A stretch of 64,000 bases of DNA. Source: Methylotenera sp. (GTDB lineage: Bacteria; Pseudomonadota; Gammaproteobacteria; Burkholderiales; Methylophilaceae). The position numbers and the translations under genes are program-made. The stretch spans positions 5,557 through 69,556 of the forward strand of contig JBGAVG010000005.1 of the NCBI GenBank assembly GCA_044228245.1, in the 5' to 3' direction. Positions 16,454-27,511 of this stretch are shown here, one piece after another. Positions within the stretch are counted from its first letter, which is position 1. Every line of letters begins with the position of its first letter. The notes under the pieces were generated by a model. It worked only from the letters and a program-made list of their open reading frames with translations, had not been told where the DNA came from and ran no database searches.

Positions 16454-18367
16454 TTAATTAATTTCCGGGTATGCTTCGAGCTGTTCATGTAGCTCCAGCC
16501 AGCGCACTTCAGCTTCATCTATTTGGCTGCCAAGCTCTGCCTGGCGCTTTAATAATGTTTGCAGCTCACCTTTGTTTTCAGCATCATACAGGCTGGGTTC
16601 ACCAGCGCGCGCATCCAACGCAGCTTTTTCCTGCTGCCATTTTTCGAGTTTTTTTTCGATTTGTTCGGTTTCTTTCAGCAATGGTCGGCGCGCCGCGATG
16701 CGTGCCTGCCGCTCTGCTTTATTTTGTGCATACGCATTCAAACCCGATGCTCTGGAAGCCAATATCGGCGCGGTCTCTGGCAATGCACTTTGCTCGCTCT
16801 TTTGTGATGCCAGCCAGACTTTGTAATCATCCAGATCCCCATCAAACGCTTCCGCTTTGCCGTTCGCCACCAACACAAACTGGTCGCAAGTGGCGCGCAG
16901 CAAGGCTCTGTCATGCGACACCAGAATCACGCCACCTTCGTAATCCTGCAATGCCAAGGTTAAGGCGTGACGCATCTCCAAATCCAGATGGTTGGTAGGT
17001 TCATCCAGCAAAAGCAGATTCGGGCGCGTCCAGATCAGCAGTGCCAACGCCAAGCGTGATTTTTCGCCACCGGAAAAATTTTCACAAGGGCTGCGCGCCA
17101 TGTCGCCTTTAAAATCGAAACCACCAAGATAGTTCAGGTGCTCCTGCTCGCGTGTAGCCAGATCGAGTCTCATCATATGCTGTAACGGCGATTCATGCGG
17201 ACGAAGCTGCTCAAGCTGATGTTGCGCAAAATAGCCGATTTTTAAATCTTTACCTTCTACGCGTTTGCCGCCTAATGGCTTAAGTTCTGCGGCCAGCAAT
17301 TTTATCAGCGTTGATTTGCCCGCACCGTTTTTACCAAGCAAGCCAATGCGCTCCCCTGGGCGAATGGTGAGCTTGATTTGAGTTAATATTTTTTTATCTG
17401 CGTAGCCCGCATCCACATCATCCAGCACCAGCAATGGATCCGGCGCGCTAACTGGCTTGCGAAACTCGAAGTTAAACTGCGAATCGACATGCGCAGCTGA
17501 AATCATTTCCATGCGCTCCAGCGCTTTAATGCGGCTCTGTGCCTGCCGCGCTTTAGTGGCCTGCACGCGAAAACGGTCGATGTAGCTATGCAAATGCGCG
17601 ACCTTGCGTTGCTGCTTCTCATACATGGCCTGCTGCAACGCCAGCTTTTCTGCACGCTGCCGTTCAAAATCCGTGTAGCCACCTCGATACAGCGTAATGC
17701 GCTGCTGCTCAATGTGCAGCACGTTATCAATCACGTTATCCAGAAAGTCCCGGTCATGCGAAATCAATAGCAACGTACCGCGGTAATCGCGCAACCAGCC
17801 TTCCAGCCAGATGACTGCATCCAAATCCAGATGGTTTGTCGGCTCATCCAGCAGCAGCAAATCCGAGCGGCACATCAGCGCGCGCGCCAGATTCAAGCGC
17901 ACCCGCCAGCCGCCCGAGAAATCACTGACAGCCCGTGCTAAATCGGCCTGGGTGAAGCCTAGGCCATCCAACAAGGCCGACGCACGCGCTTTGGCGCTAT
18001 AGCCTTCAATATCACTTAAGCGATGGTGCAGCTCGGCAATTTTTTCACCTTCATGATTGGCTTCTGCCGAGATGAGGGCTGCCTCTATCTCACGCAACTC
18101 AACATCGCCATCCAGCGTGAACTCAAGCGCCGGCTGATCCAGTGCAGGCGTTTCCTGCGCCACGTGTGCAATCACCCAGTTTGGCGGCATTTCCAGATCG
18201 CCGACTTCGGGCTGCAACTCACCGCGCAATAGGGCAAACAGGCTGGATTTACCCGCGCCATTGGCACCGATCAGGCCGACTTTATGGCCTGGATGCAACT
18301 GAAAGGACGCGGCTTCCAGCAGCACTTTCACACCTCGTGTAAGCGTTAAATTTCTAAATTGAATCAA
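16454..18367 (-). CDS. yheS: ABC-F family ATPase, YheS-like
   Basis: 637 aa with two ABC cassettes (GANGAGKSS, GKNGAGKST; LSGGWRVRLNLA, FSGGEKSRLALA), no transmembrane domain, and a C-terminal coiled coil. It aligns along its length to my memory of E. coli YheS. Confidence 0.85.
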   Translation of the reverse strand: MIQFRNLTLTRGVKVLLEAASFQLHPGHKVGLIGANGAGKSSLFALLRGELQPEVGDLEMPPNWVIAHVAQETPALDQPALEFTLDGDVELREIEAALISAEANHEGEKIAELHHRLSDIEGYSAKARASALLDGLGFTQADLARAVSDFSGGWRVRLNLARALMCRSDLLLLDEPTNHLDLDAVIWLEGWLRDYRGTLLLISHDRDFLDNVIDNVLHIEQQRITLYRGGYTDFERQRAEKLALQQAMYEKQQRKVAHLHSYIDRFRVQATKARQAQSRIKALERMEMISAAHVDSQFNFEFRKPVSAPDPLLVLDDVDAGYADKKILTQIKLTIRPGERIGLLGKNGAGKSTLIKLLAAELKPLGGKRVEGKDLKIGYFAQHQLEQLRPHESPLQHMMRLDLATREQEHLNYLGGFDFKGDMARSPCENFSGGEKSRLALALLIWTRPNLLLLDEPTNHLDLEMRHALTLALQDYEGGVILVSHDRALLRATCDQFVLVANGKAEAFDGDLDDYKVWLASQKSEQSALPETAPILASRASGLNAYAQNKAERQARIAARRPLLKETEQIEKKLEKWQQEKAALDARAGEPSLYDAENKGELQTLLKRQAELGSQIDEAEVRWLELHEQLEAYPEIN

Positions 18368-18577
18368 TGTGCGCCTTAACCAAACTTGAACTTTTGGGCC
18401 GAACGTCAGCCAAATTTGCCAAAAGGCGTTATTCTAAAGCAATCCAGCGTGATTTCTAACCAGATGTTTACGTTTTATTAACAAGTTAGTCACATAAATT
18501 AAAGTAAAATAAACAATGATTTCAATGCGCCCTATTACCAAAACAAGCCCGTTATTAACGCAAGAATAAAAAACATA

Positions 18578-21500
18578 ATGATGATTCACCTAAAAAGACT
18601 ATACCGCTGGGTGCTATACGTATTCTTGTTGTTGCTAATCATCTTCATATTGGCAGCGCTTGCCGTGCGCTTTATCGTGTTCCCCAATATCGACCAGTAC
18701 AAGGATGACATTGCCGCTTATGCTTCCGAAAAGATCGGCCAGAAAATCACCATTGGCGACATTGAAACAGGCTGGGATGGCATTTCGCCGCATTTTTCGC
18801 TTAAGGATATTGAATTATTCGATGCAGAGAACCGCTCGGCATTCCATCTAAATAATGCGGAAGCGAATATTTCGTGGCTAAGCATCCCGTTACTGCATCC
18901 GCACCTATCTAATCTGGTCATCAATCAGCCTGAAATTACCATTCGCCGCAAAGCAGATGGCAGCATTTATTTAGCCGGAATCGATTTATCCGGACCGAGC
19001 AACCCGGACTTTACCAACTGGCTGCTTAGCCAGCGTGAAGTGAGTATTAAAAATGCCCAGGTAGTTTGGCTGGACGAATTGCGCAAAGCACCGCCATTAT
19101 CGCTCAAACAATTAAACCTGACGCTTGCCAATCCCACTTGGCGAAGCCTGTTTGGCCAGCACAAGTTTGAATTGTCTGCATTACCCTCAACAGGCACCAG
19201 TCATGTCGTTACGGCTAATGGGCACTTTGTTGGGCGCGACATCAGCAAGCTTGACACTTGGCATGGCGAATTGTCCGCACAGCTCAAACAGGCTGATTTG
19301 GCTGTATGGCGGCCCTGGCTGGATTATCCGGTAAACATACAAACAGGCACTGGGGATGCGCAGATATCAGTTGGTTTTGCTGATGCTAAAATCGAGCGCA
19401 TCAAAACACATGCCTCATTAAATAACCTATCTCTCGTAGTGAACAAACAAACAACGCCATTCGTCGCCAAGCAATTCACCGGCGACATTAGCTGGAGTGA
19501 CCTCAAAAATACAAAGACCATCCTTGCAGACAATATCAAGCTTCGCACCAATACTGGCCTGAATATCAATAATGGCCGTGGCTATTACTCGACCAGCACC
19601 AAAAAAGGCAAATCCTGGGTAAAGACGGATGTCAAGCTGGATCAATTTAATTTGGCTACCATCAAACAGCTGGCGCCGTACCTTCAACTGCCGGAAAACA
19701 TGACTGCGAAACTGAACGGACTCGCGCCCGTGGGTGAACTGCAAGCGCTCAGCTTAGGGTATGAGAGCGAAGCAGGTAAAACCACTGCGTATAAAATCAA
19801 TACCTCTTTTAAGCATCTGGGCTTAACCGCTTACCAGAAAATACCCGGGTTCAGCAATTTGACAGGCAAAATCGAAGCCGATGAAGATGGCGGCGAGGTC
19901 ACGCTGCAGTCACAAAAAGCCATGCTTGATTTAAAAGATATTTTACGCTGGCCGATTCCCGCAGATAAACTAGACGGCCGCATCAGCTGGAAAATCAATG
20001 ATGATCAAGCCAGGATAAAGGCTGAAGACGTTTTTATCAACAGCCCGCACATTACCGGCACTGTAAACGCCAGCTACGATATGAGTGGTGTAAAAAGCGG
20101 GAACTTTAAAAAAGGGTTCCTGGATTTAAGCGGAAAATTCGGTAAAGGCGATGCCAAATACGCGCTTTTTTACTACCCTATTATGCTGGGAAAGCCAACC
20201 CTGCATTGGCTGGACACGTCGATCCTGGCGGGTCGCGCAGAAGACGTGAATGTAACGGTTAAGGGCAATCTGGCCGATTTTCCTTACGTTAATGCCAATA
20301 ACCAGCTTGATAAAAAACTTGGGGTTTTTAGAGTCACAGCCAAAATCAGCGATGTCTTACTGGAATATGGCACAGGCTGGCCCGTGATTGAAGGTTTAGG
20401 ATTGGACATGCTTTTTGAAGGCAAGCGCATGGTGCTTAACGCCAACAAAGGCCATATTTTTGGTAATAAAATCATCAAAAGCAAAGCCGAGATCGCGCAA
20501 CTGGATGCAGACTCCCCCATACTGCACATTGTGAGTGATGTTGAAGGCCCGGTTGTGGATGGCGTGAAATTTGTGAATGAAAGCCCGGTAAAATTAGTTA
20601 CGCAAGGCTTTACTGACCAACTAAAAACTGCCGGCCAGGGCAAGCTCTCTCTTGAGCTCAATATCCCCATGCAAGATCTGGAAGCCGCGAAATACAAAGG
20701 TGTCTACAAAATCAGCAATGGCACCATTTATGCCGATGCGGATGCTGGCTTGCCTGAGCTTGGTAAACTGAATGGCGTGCTGAACTTTACCGAGAACAGC
20801 CTGACTGCGCAAAATGTCAGCACTGAGATTTTAGGTGGCCCCGCACAATTTAGCTTGCGTACAGGCAGCGATAAAATCCTACGCGTAACTGCGAATGGCC
20901 GCGTGACCGATGCCGGCATCAAAAAACTGGCCTCGAACCGGTTGATAGACAGCATGCAGGGAAGCACGGACTGGACCGGCGAAATTACCATCAAAAAGCC
21001 GCTGACAGATGTTAGTTTGCGTTCAAACTTGTTAGGCATGGCCATTCAGCTGCCGCCGCCTTTTGGAAAGACGGCCAACCAGCCACTGGCTTTCAATATC
21101 GAGAAAAAACAACTGAGTGCGGATAGCGACAGCATCAATATCAGTTATGGCAACGCCGTTTCAGCAAAAATATTACGCACCGAACAGGCAGGAAAACTTG
21201 CGCTCGAACGCGGTGATATCGGTATCAATGTCGCCGCCGAACTCCCCGCCCAAGCCGGCTTGTCGCTGCACGGAAAAATGGATTATGTTAATGCTGACGA
21301 CTGGCTGACATTCTTTAATAAACCTGACAGCAATGCGGGTTCTCGCGGCTTGACGATTGGTAAAGCTGACATTGCGATACAAAAACTGGATATTTTTGGC
21401 CGCAGCTTAAATGCGCTCAAATTATCCGCCCAACCCGGCACAACCGGCTTGCTATTGACAGTTGACAGCCAGGAAATCACTGGCAACGCCGAATGGCAAG

Positions 21501-22453
21501 GCGATGGCAATGGGAAAATTATCGCCCGACTGAAAAATTTAACCATTCCCGCTAGCGGTGAAACCGCCAGCAAACCTGCTGCAAAAAAGGAGATTAAAAA
21601 ACTGGCCAAGGGCTACCCAGCGCTTGATGTCATTGCAGAAAATTTTCAATTGGGCAATAAGAAACTGGGCAGTCTGGAGCTTAACGCATTTGAAAGCAAT
21701 GATGTCTGGGTGATCCAAAAACTGAAAATCAGTAATCCGGACAGCACCTTGGCAGCTGACGGCAACTGGTATAACTGGACACGTAACCCCAACACAAGCT
21801 TGAAATTCTCTTTAAGCGTGAGCAATATAGGTAACACGCTCAAACGCTTTGGCCAGCCCGATGCGGTCAAAGGCGGTGGAGCCGAGATTGCCGGCCAGTT
21901 GCAATGGTCTGGCAGCCCGCATGAATTTGAAACCAGCAGCTTGAACGGCAGTTTCAAGCTGGATGCCACCAAGGGACAGTTCTTAAAAGTGCAGCCGGGG
22001 GTTGGACGTTTATTCGGCTTATTAAGCCTGCAAAGCCTGCCGCGCCGCTTAAGCCTTGATTTCAGGGATTTGTTCAGTGACGGCTTTGCCTTTGACAAAA
22101 TCAGCGCAAATGCAAAAATTGACAATGGTATTATGCGCAGCGATGATTTCTTTATGACCGGCCCCGCCGCAGAAACCAGAATAAAAGGTGAAACCAATCT
22201 GGTAACCGAAACACAAAGGCTAAAAGTCAAAGTCACGCCGCATGTGAGCGACAGCCTGTCACTGGCAGCCTTGGCGGGCGGCCCAATCGCCGGCGCTGCA
22301 GCTTTTGTTGCGCAAAAGATACTAAAAGATCCGTTCAACAAAATTGCCTCCAGCGAATATATCATTATTGGTACATGGAATAAGCCACAAGAGGTAGAAT
22401 CTGATAAAAGTGAATCGCAAAAAACAAACAGTGTTTCGCCATTGCATCCATAA
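18578..22453 (+). CDS. yhdP: YhdP-family (AsmA-like) large envelope protein
   Basis: 1291 aa with an N-terminal TM anchor and a long beta-rich body. A tldD neighbour lies downstream, as in E. coli yhdP-tldD. Confidence 0.75.
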   Translation: MMIHLKRLYRWVLYVFLLLLIIFILAALAVRFIVFPNIDQYKDDIAAYASEKIGQKITIGDIETGWDGISPHFSLKDIELFDAENRSAFHLNNAEANISWLSIPLLHPHLSNLVINQPEITIRRKADGSIYLAGIDLSGPSNPDFTNWLLSQREVSIKNAQVVWLDELRKAPPLSLKQLNLTLANPTWRSLFGQHKFELSALPSTGTSHVVTANGHFVGRDISKLDTWHGELSAQLKQADLAVWRPWLDYPVNIQTGTGDAQISVGFADAKIERIKTHASLNNLSLVVNKQTTPFVAKQFTGDISWSDLKNTKTILADNIKLRTNTGLNINNGRGYYSTSTKKGKSWVKTDVKLDQFNLATIKQLAPYLQLPENMTAKLNGLAPVGELQALSLGYESEAGKTTAYKINTSFKHLGLTAYQKIPGFSNLTGKIEADEDGGEVTLQSQKAMLDLKDILRWPIPADKLDGRISWKINDDQARIKAEDVFINSPHITGTVNASYDMSGVKSGNFKKGFLDLSGKFGKGDAKYALFYYPIMLGKPTLHWLDTSILAGRAEDVNVTVKGNLADFPYVNANNQLDKKLGVFRVTAKISDVLLEYGTGWPVIEGLGLDMLFEGKRMVLNANKGHIFGNKIIKSKAEIAQLDADSPILHIVSDVEGPVVDGVKFVNESPVKLVTQGFTDQLKTAGQGKLSLELNIPMQDLEAAKYKGVYKISNGTIYADADAGLPELGKLNGVLNFTENSLTAQNVSTEILGGPAQFSLRTGSDKILRVTANGRVTDAGIKKLASNRLIDSMQGSTDWTGEITIKKPLTDVSLRSNLLGMAIQLPPPFGKTANQPLAFNIEKKQLSADSDSINISYGNAVSAKILRTEQAGKLALERGDIGINVAAELPAQAGLSLHGKMDYVNADDWLTFFNKPDSNAGSRGLTIGKADIAIQKLDIFGRSLNALKLSAQPGTTGLLLTVDSQEITGNAEWQGDGNGKIIARLKNLTIPASGETASKPAAKKEIKKLAKGYPALDVIAENFQLGNKKLGSLELNAFESNDVWVIQKLKISNPDSTLAADGNWYNWTRNPNTSLKFSLSVSNIGNTLKRFGQPDAVKGGGAEIAGQLQWSGSPHEFETSSLNGSFKLDATKGQFLKVQPGVGRLFGLLSLQSLPRRLSLDFRDLFSDGFAFDKISANAKIDNGIMRSDDFFMTGPAAETRIKGETNLVTETQRLKVKVTPHVSDSLSLAALAGGPIAGAAAFVAQKILKDPFNKIASSEYIIIGTWNKPQEVESDKSESQKTNSVSPLHP

Positions 22454-22503
22454 ATCAGGCTAACTTGTTAGCACAGGATTAAAAACAAGAAAGTAACTTA
22501 ATC

Positions 22504-23364
22504 ATGCCTATTACATCGCGCAATAAAACCGCAAAACCTGCCAAGGCCGCAGCCGGAGTGATTAAGGTAGCGGGGATTCAAATGGCTTCCAGCCCGCATG
22601 TATCCTCCAACCTCATCGAGGCGGAGCGCCTGATTGCGATTGCAGCTAACCAGGGTGCAAAAATTGTGGTGTTGCCAGAATATTTTTGTATTATGGGCGC
22701 AAAAGAAAATGACAAAGTCCTTGCCAGAGAAAAGCCAAACGACGGACCGATTCAGCGCTTTTTATCCAGAATGGCGCGCGAGCATAAAATCTGGCTCATC
22801 GGCGGCACGGTTCCTCTGGTAAGCAATTATCCCAATAAAATTCGCAACAGCTGCCTGGTTTACAACGACAAAGGTGAGCAAGTCGCACGCTACGATAAAA
22901 TCCATCTGTTCGGGCTAGATTTAGGGACGGAACATTATCACGAAGAAAATACCATCGAATCTGGCGACACTGTAGTCACGGTGAATACGCCTTACGGAAA
23001 AATCGGCCTTTCGATTTGTTACGATTTGCGCTTTCCGGAGCTGTATCGCGCCATGGGCGAGGTCGATATGATCGTGGTGCCCTCAGCCTTCACCGAAACT
23101 ACCGGCAAGGCACATTGGGAAAGTTTAATCCGCGCACGCGCGATCGAGAACCTATGCTACGTGATTGCCCCGGCACAAGGCGGCTACCATTTATCCGGCC
23201 GCGAAACGCATGGCAACAGCATGATTGTTGACCCCTGGGGTGTCATCCTGGACAGGCTGCCGCGCGGCTCCGGCGTAGTCATTGCGTCGATGAATCGAGA
23301 TTATCAGGCCAGCCTGCGTAAAAGCCTGCCTGCGTTGAAACATAAAACCATCAAAGCAATCTAA
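22504..23364 (+). CDS. Carbon-nitrogen hydrolase (nitrilase superfamily)
   Basis: Catalytic E-K-C context: VVLPEYF, YDKIHLF, GLSICYDLRFPE. Confidence 0.85.
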   Translation: MPITSRNKTAKPAKAAAGVIKVAGIQMASSPHVSSNLIEAERLIAIAANQGAKIVVLPEYFCIMGAKENDKVLAREKPNDGPIQRFLSRMAREHKIWLIGGTVPLVSNYPNKIRNSCLVYNDKGEQVARYDKIHLFGLDLGTEHYHEENTIESGDTVVTVNTPYGKIGLSICYDLRFPELYRAMGEVDMIVVPSAFTETTGKAHWESLIRARAIENLCYVIAPAQGGYHLSGRETHGNSMIVDPWGVILDRLPRGSGVVIASMNRDYQASLRKSLPALKHKTIKAI

Positions 23365-23456
23365 TTAGATCAGTCTATTTCACGAATATACTTGGCACCG
23401 CCTGTGTGCGATGCTGGGATAATGTTTCTCAACTATTAAAGTTAATTGAATATTGA

Positions 23457-24908
23457 ATGAATACCTCAGTAAAAACAAACCACTTTGATACAGCGCATGA
23501 TGTGCTGCTAAAACCCACAGGGCTTGATACACAAGCCTTGCAAGGGGTGCTGGGCAGCATTATGTCGCATCAAGTGGATTATGCTGATTTGTATTTTCAG
23601 TATAGCCGCAGCGAATCCTGGAGCCTGGAAGAGGGCCAGGTAAAGTCAGGCAATTTCAGCATAGACCAGGGCGTGGGCGTGCGCGCCGTGAGTGGAGAAA
23701 AAACCGCCTTTGCCTATTCCGATGACATCAATCTGCCCGCCTTGCAGCAAGCCGCTAGTGCGACCAAGTCTATAGCCGCTTTGGGTGCAGAGCAAACAGG
23801 GAAAAATATTCTAACGCGCCAAGCGCAAGCACTTTATTTGCCGCAGGATCCCATCGCCTCACTTTCTGCAGATGCAAAAGTCAAATTACTGGAACGGCTG
23901 GAGCAGTTTGCCCGCAAAATTGACCCACGCGTCAGTCAAGTCATGGCCTCTATCGCAGGCGAATATGAAGTAGTGATGGTGGCGCGCAGTGACGGCGTGA
24001 TGGCAGCGGACGTGCGCCCGCTGGTACGCATTTCGATACAGGTCATTGCCGAGCATCATGGTCGCCGCGAGCAAGGCTCCAGCGGCGGCGGCGGACGTTT
24101 CGACTACAGCTATTTCAGCGATGCAGTCTTGCAGGATTACGCGCAAAAAGCCGTACACCAGGCGCTGGTGAATCTGGATGCGCGCCCTGCCCCTGCCGGC
24201 AGCATGACCGTAGTGCTAGGCGCCGGCTGGCCAGGTATCTTGCTACACGAAGCCATTGGACACGGCCTGGAAGGTGACTTCAACCGCAAAGGCAGCTCTG
24301 CCTTTGCCAACAGGATGGGCAAACGCGTAGCGGCCAAGGGTATCACCATTGTCGATGACGGCACCCTCACGAACCGCCGTGGCTCACTCAGCATGGATGA
24401 TGAGGGCAACCCGACCAATAGGACCATCCTCATTGAAGACGGCATTCTACGCGGCTACATCCAGGACAGCCTCAATGCGCGCCTGATGGGCATGCCGCTC
24501 ACCGGTAATGCGCGCCGCGAAAGCTACGCCCATATGCCCATGCCGCGCATGACCAACACCTATATGCTCAATGGTGACAAAGACCCAGCCGAAATTATCA
24601 AATCGGTTAAGAAAGGCCTGTACGCCGCTAATTTTGGCGGCGGCCAAGTCGACATCACCAGCGGTAAATTCGTATTCAGCGCGGCTGAAGCCTACATGAT
24701 TGAAGACGGCAAAATCACCTACCCTGTAAAAGGCGCCACCCTGATTGGCAACGGGCCAGATGTACTCACGCGCGTTTCGATGATAGGCAATGACATGGCG
24801 CTGGACAGCGGCGTGGGCACCTGCGGCAAAGAAGGTCAGAGCGTACCTGTCGGCGTTGGCCAGCCCACCCTGAAAATCGAAGGCTTGACAGTAGGCGGCA
24901 CGGTTTAA
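23457..24908 (+). CDS. tldD: Metalloprotease TldD
   Basis: 483 aa with LHEAIGHGLEGD (HExxxH) and a C-terminal GxC...G pattern. Confidence 0.9.
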   Translation: MNTSVKTNHFDTAHDVLLKPTGLDTQALQGVLGSIMSHQVDYADLYFQYSRSESWSLEEGQVKSGNFSIDQGVGVRAVSGEKTAFAYSDDINLPALQQAASATKSIAALGAEQTGKNILTRQAQALYLPQDPIASLSADAKVKLLERLEQFARKIDPRVSQVMASIAGEYEVVMVARSDGVMAADVRPLVRISIQVIAEHHGRREQGSSGGGGRFDYSYFSDAVLQDYAQKAVHQALVNLDARPAPAGSMTVVLGAGWPGILLHEAIGHGLEGDFNRKGSSAFANRMGKRVAAKGITIVDDGTLTNRRGSLSMDDEGNPTNRTILIEDGILRGYIQDSLNARLMGMPLTGNARRESYAHMPMPRMTNTYMLNGDKDPAEIIKSVKKGLYAANFGGGQVDITSGKFVFSAAEAYMIEDGKITYPVKGATLIGNGPDVLTRVSMIGNDMALDSGVGTCGKEGQSVPVGVGQPTLKIEGLTVGGTV

Positions 24909-24988
24909 TACTATAATAGTGCATCAGCTAGCGGGTACAAGAAGCTTTTGTAAGCTAATTTTAAGCATTTTTAGAAAAGGAACTCATC

Positions 24989-25267
24989 ATGGCAACCGCA
25001 AAAACGACTGCTGATAAAAAACCAACAGCAGCCAAGAAGGCGACAGCAAGCAAAGCTAAATCTACAGAAGAAAAAAAAGTGGCTGTAAAAAAAGCACCGG
25101 CCAAAAAAGCCGGTACGTCAAAAGCCAAAAACATTGATCCCGGAGAGCGCTATAGAATGACCGAGATAGCGGCTTATTATATGGCCGAACGCAATAATTT
25201 TGCTGGTTGTGCAGTGGATTACTGGATTGCAGCTGAAGCGGAAATTGCCAAAAAACTGGCCGGATAA
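24989..25267 (+). CDS. DUF2934-like protein with Lys/Ala-rich histone-H1-like N-terminal tail
   Basis: MATAKTTADKKPTAAKKATASKAKSTEEKKVAVKKAPAKKAGTSKAK, then IAAYYMAERNNFAGCAVDYWIAAEAEI. The N-terminus MATAKTT resembles MELAKTT of the 13261 gene. Confidence 0.65.
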   Translation: MATAKTTADKKPTAAKKATASKAKSTEEKKVAVKKAPAKKAGTSKAKNIDPGERYRMTEIAAYYMAERNNFAGCAVDYWIAAEAEIAKKLAG

Positions 25268-25290
25268 GTTTTCAATTCTTGCACACACAC

Positions 25291-25320
25291 AAAAAAGGGC
25301 GCAATCTGCGCCCTTTTTCA
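25291..25320. terminator. Bidirectional rho-independent terminator between the DUF2934 gene and efp
   Basis: AAAAAA-GGGCGCA-ATC-TGCGCCC-TTTTTCATTTT. Confidence 0.8.
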
Positions 25321-25348
25321 TTTTCAACATCTGCTTAATTACATCCGC

Positions 25349-25909
25349 TTACTTCATCACGCGGTTACGATATTCGCCCGTGCGTGTATCAATCTCGATT
25401 TTGTCGCCCTGGTTACAGAACAATGGCACTGGCACTTCATAACCTGAAGCAATTTTGGCAGGCTTCATCACCTTGCCTGAGGTATCGCCCTTTACCGCTG
25501 GTTCGGTATAAGTGATTTCACGCACCACGGTTGTTGGCAATTCAACTGAGATGGCTTTGCCTTCGTAAAAGCGCACGTCGCAAGGCATGCCATCTTCCAG
25601 ATACGGCAATGCGTCTTCCATAAACTCGGCATCCACGTCGTACTGGTTGTAATCCCCATCCATAAACACATAGGTTGGATCGGCAAAATAGGAGAAAGTC
25701 ACTTCTTTTTTCTCGAGCACGATCACGTCGAATTTATCGCCTGCGTTGTATACGGTTTCGCTCGGCGCTTCGGTAAGCAGGTTCTTAAATTTCATTTTAA
25801 CCACAGCGGAATTGCGGCCCGATTTGTTGTATTCGGCTTTTACCACCACCAATGGTGCGCCATCCACCATAATCACGTTACCGGCGCGAAGTTCTTGTGC
25901 TGTTTTCAT
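25349..25909 (-). CDS. efp: Elongation factor P (Arg32 type)
   Basis: 186 aa. The loop ...[15 protein letters not shown] places Arg at position 32, counted from M1. Confidence 0.95.
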   Translation of the reverse strand: MKTAQELRAGNVIMVDGAPLVVVKAEYNKSGRNSAVVKMKFKNLLTEAPSETVYNAGDKFDVIVLEKKEVTFSYFADPTYVFMDGDYNQYDVDAEFMEDALPYLEDGMPCDVRFYEGKAISVELPTTVVREITYTEPAVKGDTSGKVMKPAKIASGYEVPVPLFCNQGDKIEIDTRTGEYRNRVMK

Positions 25910-25984
25910 AATTTGCCTTGCAGATTAATTGCGTTGAATATTGAAGCCGCGCATTATACCTAAACTATTATTTTTTCTCTAGTT

Positions 25985-27109
25985 TCACTGAATTTTATTA
26001 CAAAAAATCACCAACTTAGATGCAAGGTCTGCTTGCTTTGCCAATTGTTGTGCCTGTTGCCGCGCATAATGCCGTAACGCAGGCAAAGCATTCAAAAAAT
26101 GGTTCCAGGCCGTTTCTGGCATATGCCCTGCAGACCAATACCGGTGCGCCTCGCAGACCACCTGTTTTGCATCAGAATGCGCATAAAACACCTCCAGAAA
26201 CGCATCCAGTTTTTTCATGTGAGTGTTTTCGGTTTGAAAATACGGCTGCCAGATAAACGGCTTGCCCGCCCAGATGGCACGGATCCAGCTATCTTCGCCA
26301 CGTACAAAGTTAATATCACAGACGGCCAGTAATTGGTCGTAATCTTGATGCGACAGAAAAGGCAGCACATGCAAATTGAGGTTTTTGTGCGTCAAGTTCT
26401 CGCCTGCCGCAACGGAGTCTTTACCAAAAAAACGGGCGATTTGCAGCAGATCACTGCTGGCAGGCACGTAACAATCGACAGTTTGCCGGCCACTGGCCAT
26501 GACCGTGAGCAAATCATGGACCGGCGCATGCGGGTAGTAAAACAGTGAAACTTTTAAATACGCATCGTGAGTCAGATTCAGGCGTTTCCAGAACGCGTTC
26601 TGCAACTGTATATCGTTGGCAAGCAATTGATTCTGCGCAACAATATTTCGCTCCCGGATCAGGCCGCCGGTCGCCTCGGTAAAACCTGGAAAGTAAAAAT
26701 GCCGCGTTAGATTGTGCTGTGGCCGCGGTGAAGGTTTTGCATGAAAATCCCCCACCCATGGCTCGGCGGATAAATATTCCAGATTAACCCATTTGGACCT
26801 TTTCTGTGTCATCGCATCTAAATAAGCGGGCGGCAACTCGCAGCCAAAAGCCTCAATCACCACTTCTGCCGCCTGATCAAACATAGTGCCTGCATGCCAT
26901 GAAACAATCGTGATGTCTTGAATAACCTGCTTTTGCAGCGTCACATCTAATGCAGGAATAACCCGCTTAGCGACGCTTAAATCATCAATCCAAAGCCGAA
27001 CCTGCAAGCCATGCTCCATGTGCAGCTGCCTTGCCAGCCGCCAGCAGACGCCGATGTCCCCAAGGTTATCGACAATCTTGCAGAAAATATCCCACCTGAG
27101 TTCGTGCAT
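25985..27109 (-). CDS. earP: EF-P arginine-32 rhamnosyltransferase EarP
   Basis: 374 aa. N-terminal WDIFCKIVDNLGDIGVCWRLARQLHMEHG matches the EarP/DUF2331 signature. Adjacent to an efp carrying R32. Confidence 0.85.
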   Translation of the reverse strand: MHELRWDIFCKIVDNLGDIGVCWRLARQLHMEHGLQVRLWIDDLSVAKRVIPALDVTLQKQVIQDITIVSWHAGTMFDQAAEVVIEAFGCELPPAYLDAMTQKRSKWVNLEYLSAEPWVGDFHAKPSPRPQHNLTRHFYFPGFTEATGGLIRERNIVAQNQLLANDIQLQNAFWKRLNLTHDAYLKVSLFYYPHAPVHDLLTVMASGRQTVDCYVPASSDLLQIARFFGKDSVAAGENLTHKNLNLHVLPFLSHQDYDQLLAVCDINFVRGEDSWIRAIWAGKPFIWQPYFQTENTHMKKLDAFLEVFYAHSDAKQVVCEAHRYWSAGHMPETAWNHFLNALPALRHYARQQAQQLAKQADLASKLVIFCNKIQ

Positions 27110-27118
27110 TTCTAAAAT

Positions 27119-27469
27119 CTACAGCAAATGAACGCCAAACTGTTTCAGCACAGTCGCATAAAGATAAAAAACCACGATGGTAAACACTGCACAGCCCAAC
27201 AAGGTAAGCCAGAAACCCCATTTGGGCAGCAAATAGGGAAACAGCAAAAACATGGGCAAGGTGGGGATGACATACCAGAACGTGTAATAGGCGTGATTGG
27301 CGATTTTAATGCCGGGCTGCTTTTCCACAAACAGCCAGATCAAGGTCAGGATCGTCACCATCGGCAAGGCGGCAACCAACCCGCCCAGCCTGTCGCTGGC
27401 CTTTGCCACCTCTGATACCACCACCACCACCGCGGCGGTGATTAAATACTTTATAAAAATATATGTCAT
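27119..27469 (-). CDS. DUF3147-like small membrane protein
   Basis: 116 aa with four hydrophobic helices: MTYIFIKYLITAAVVVVVSEVAKASDRLGGLVAALPMV... It ends 9 nt upstream of earP. Confidence 0.6.
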   Translation of the reverse strand: MTYIFIKYLITAAVVVVVSEVAKASDRLGGLVAALPMVTILTLIWLFVEKQPGIKIANHAYYTFWYVIPTLPMFLLFPYLLPKWGFWLTLLGCAVFTIVVFYLYATVLKQFGVHLL

Positions 27470-27511
27470 GGCTTTTCTCTAATTTTTGAGCACTCTATTG
27501 AATAAAACGAC

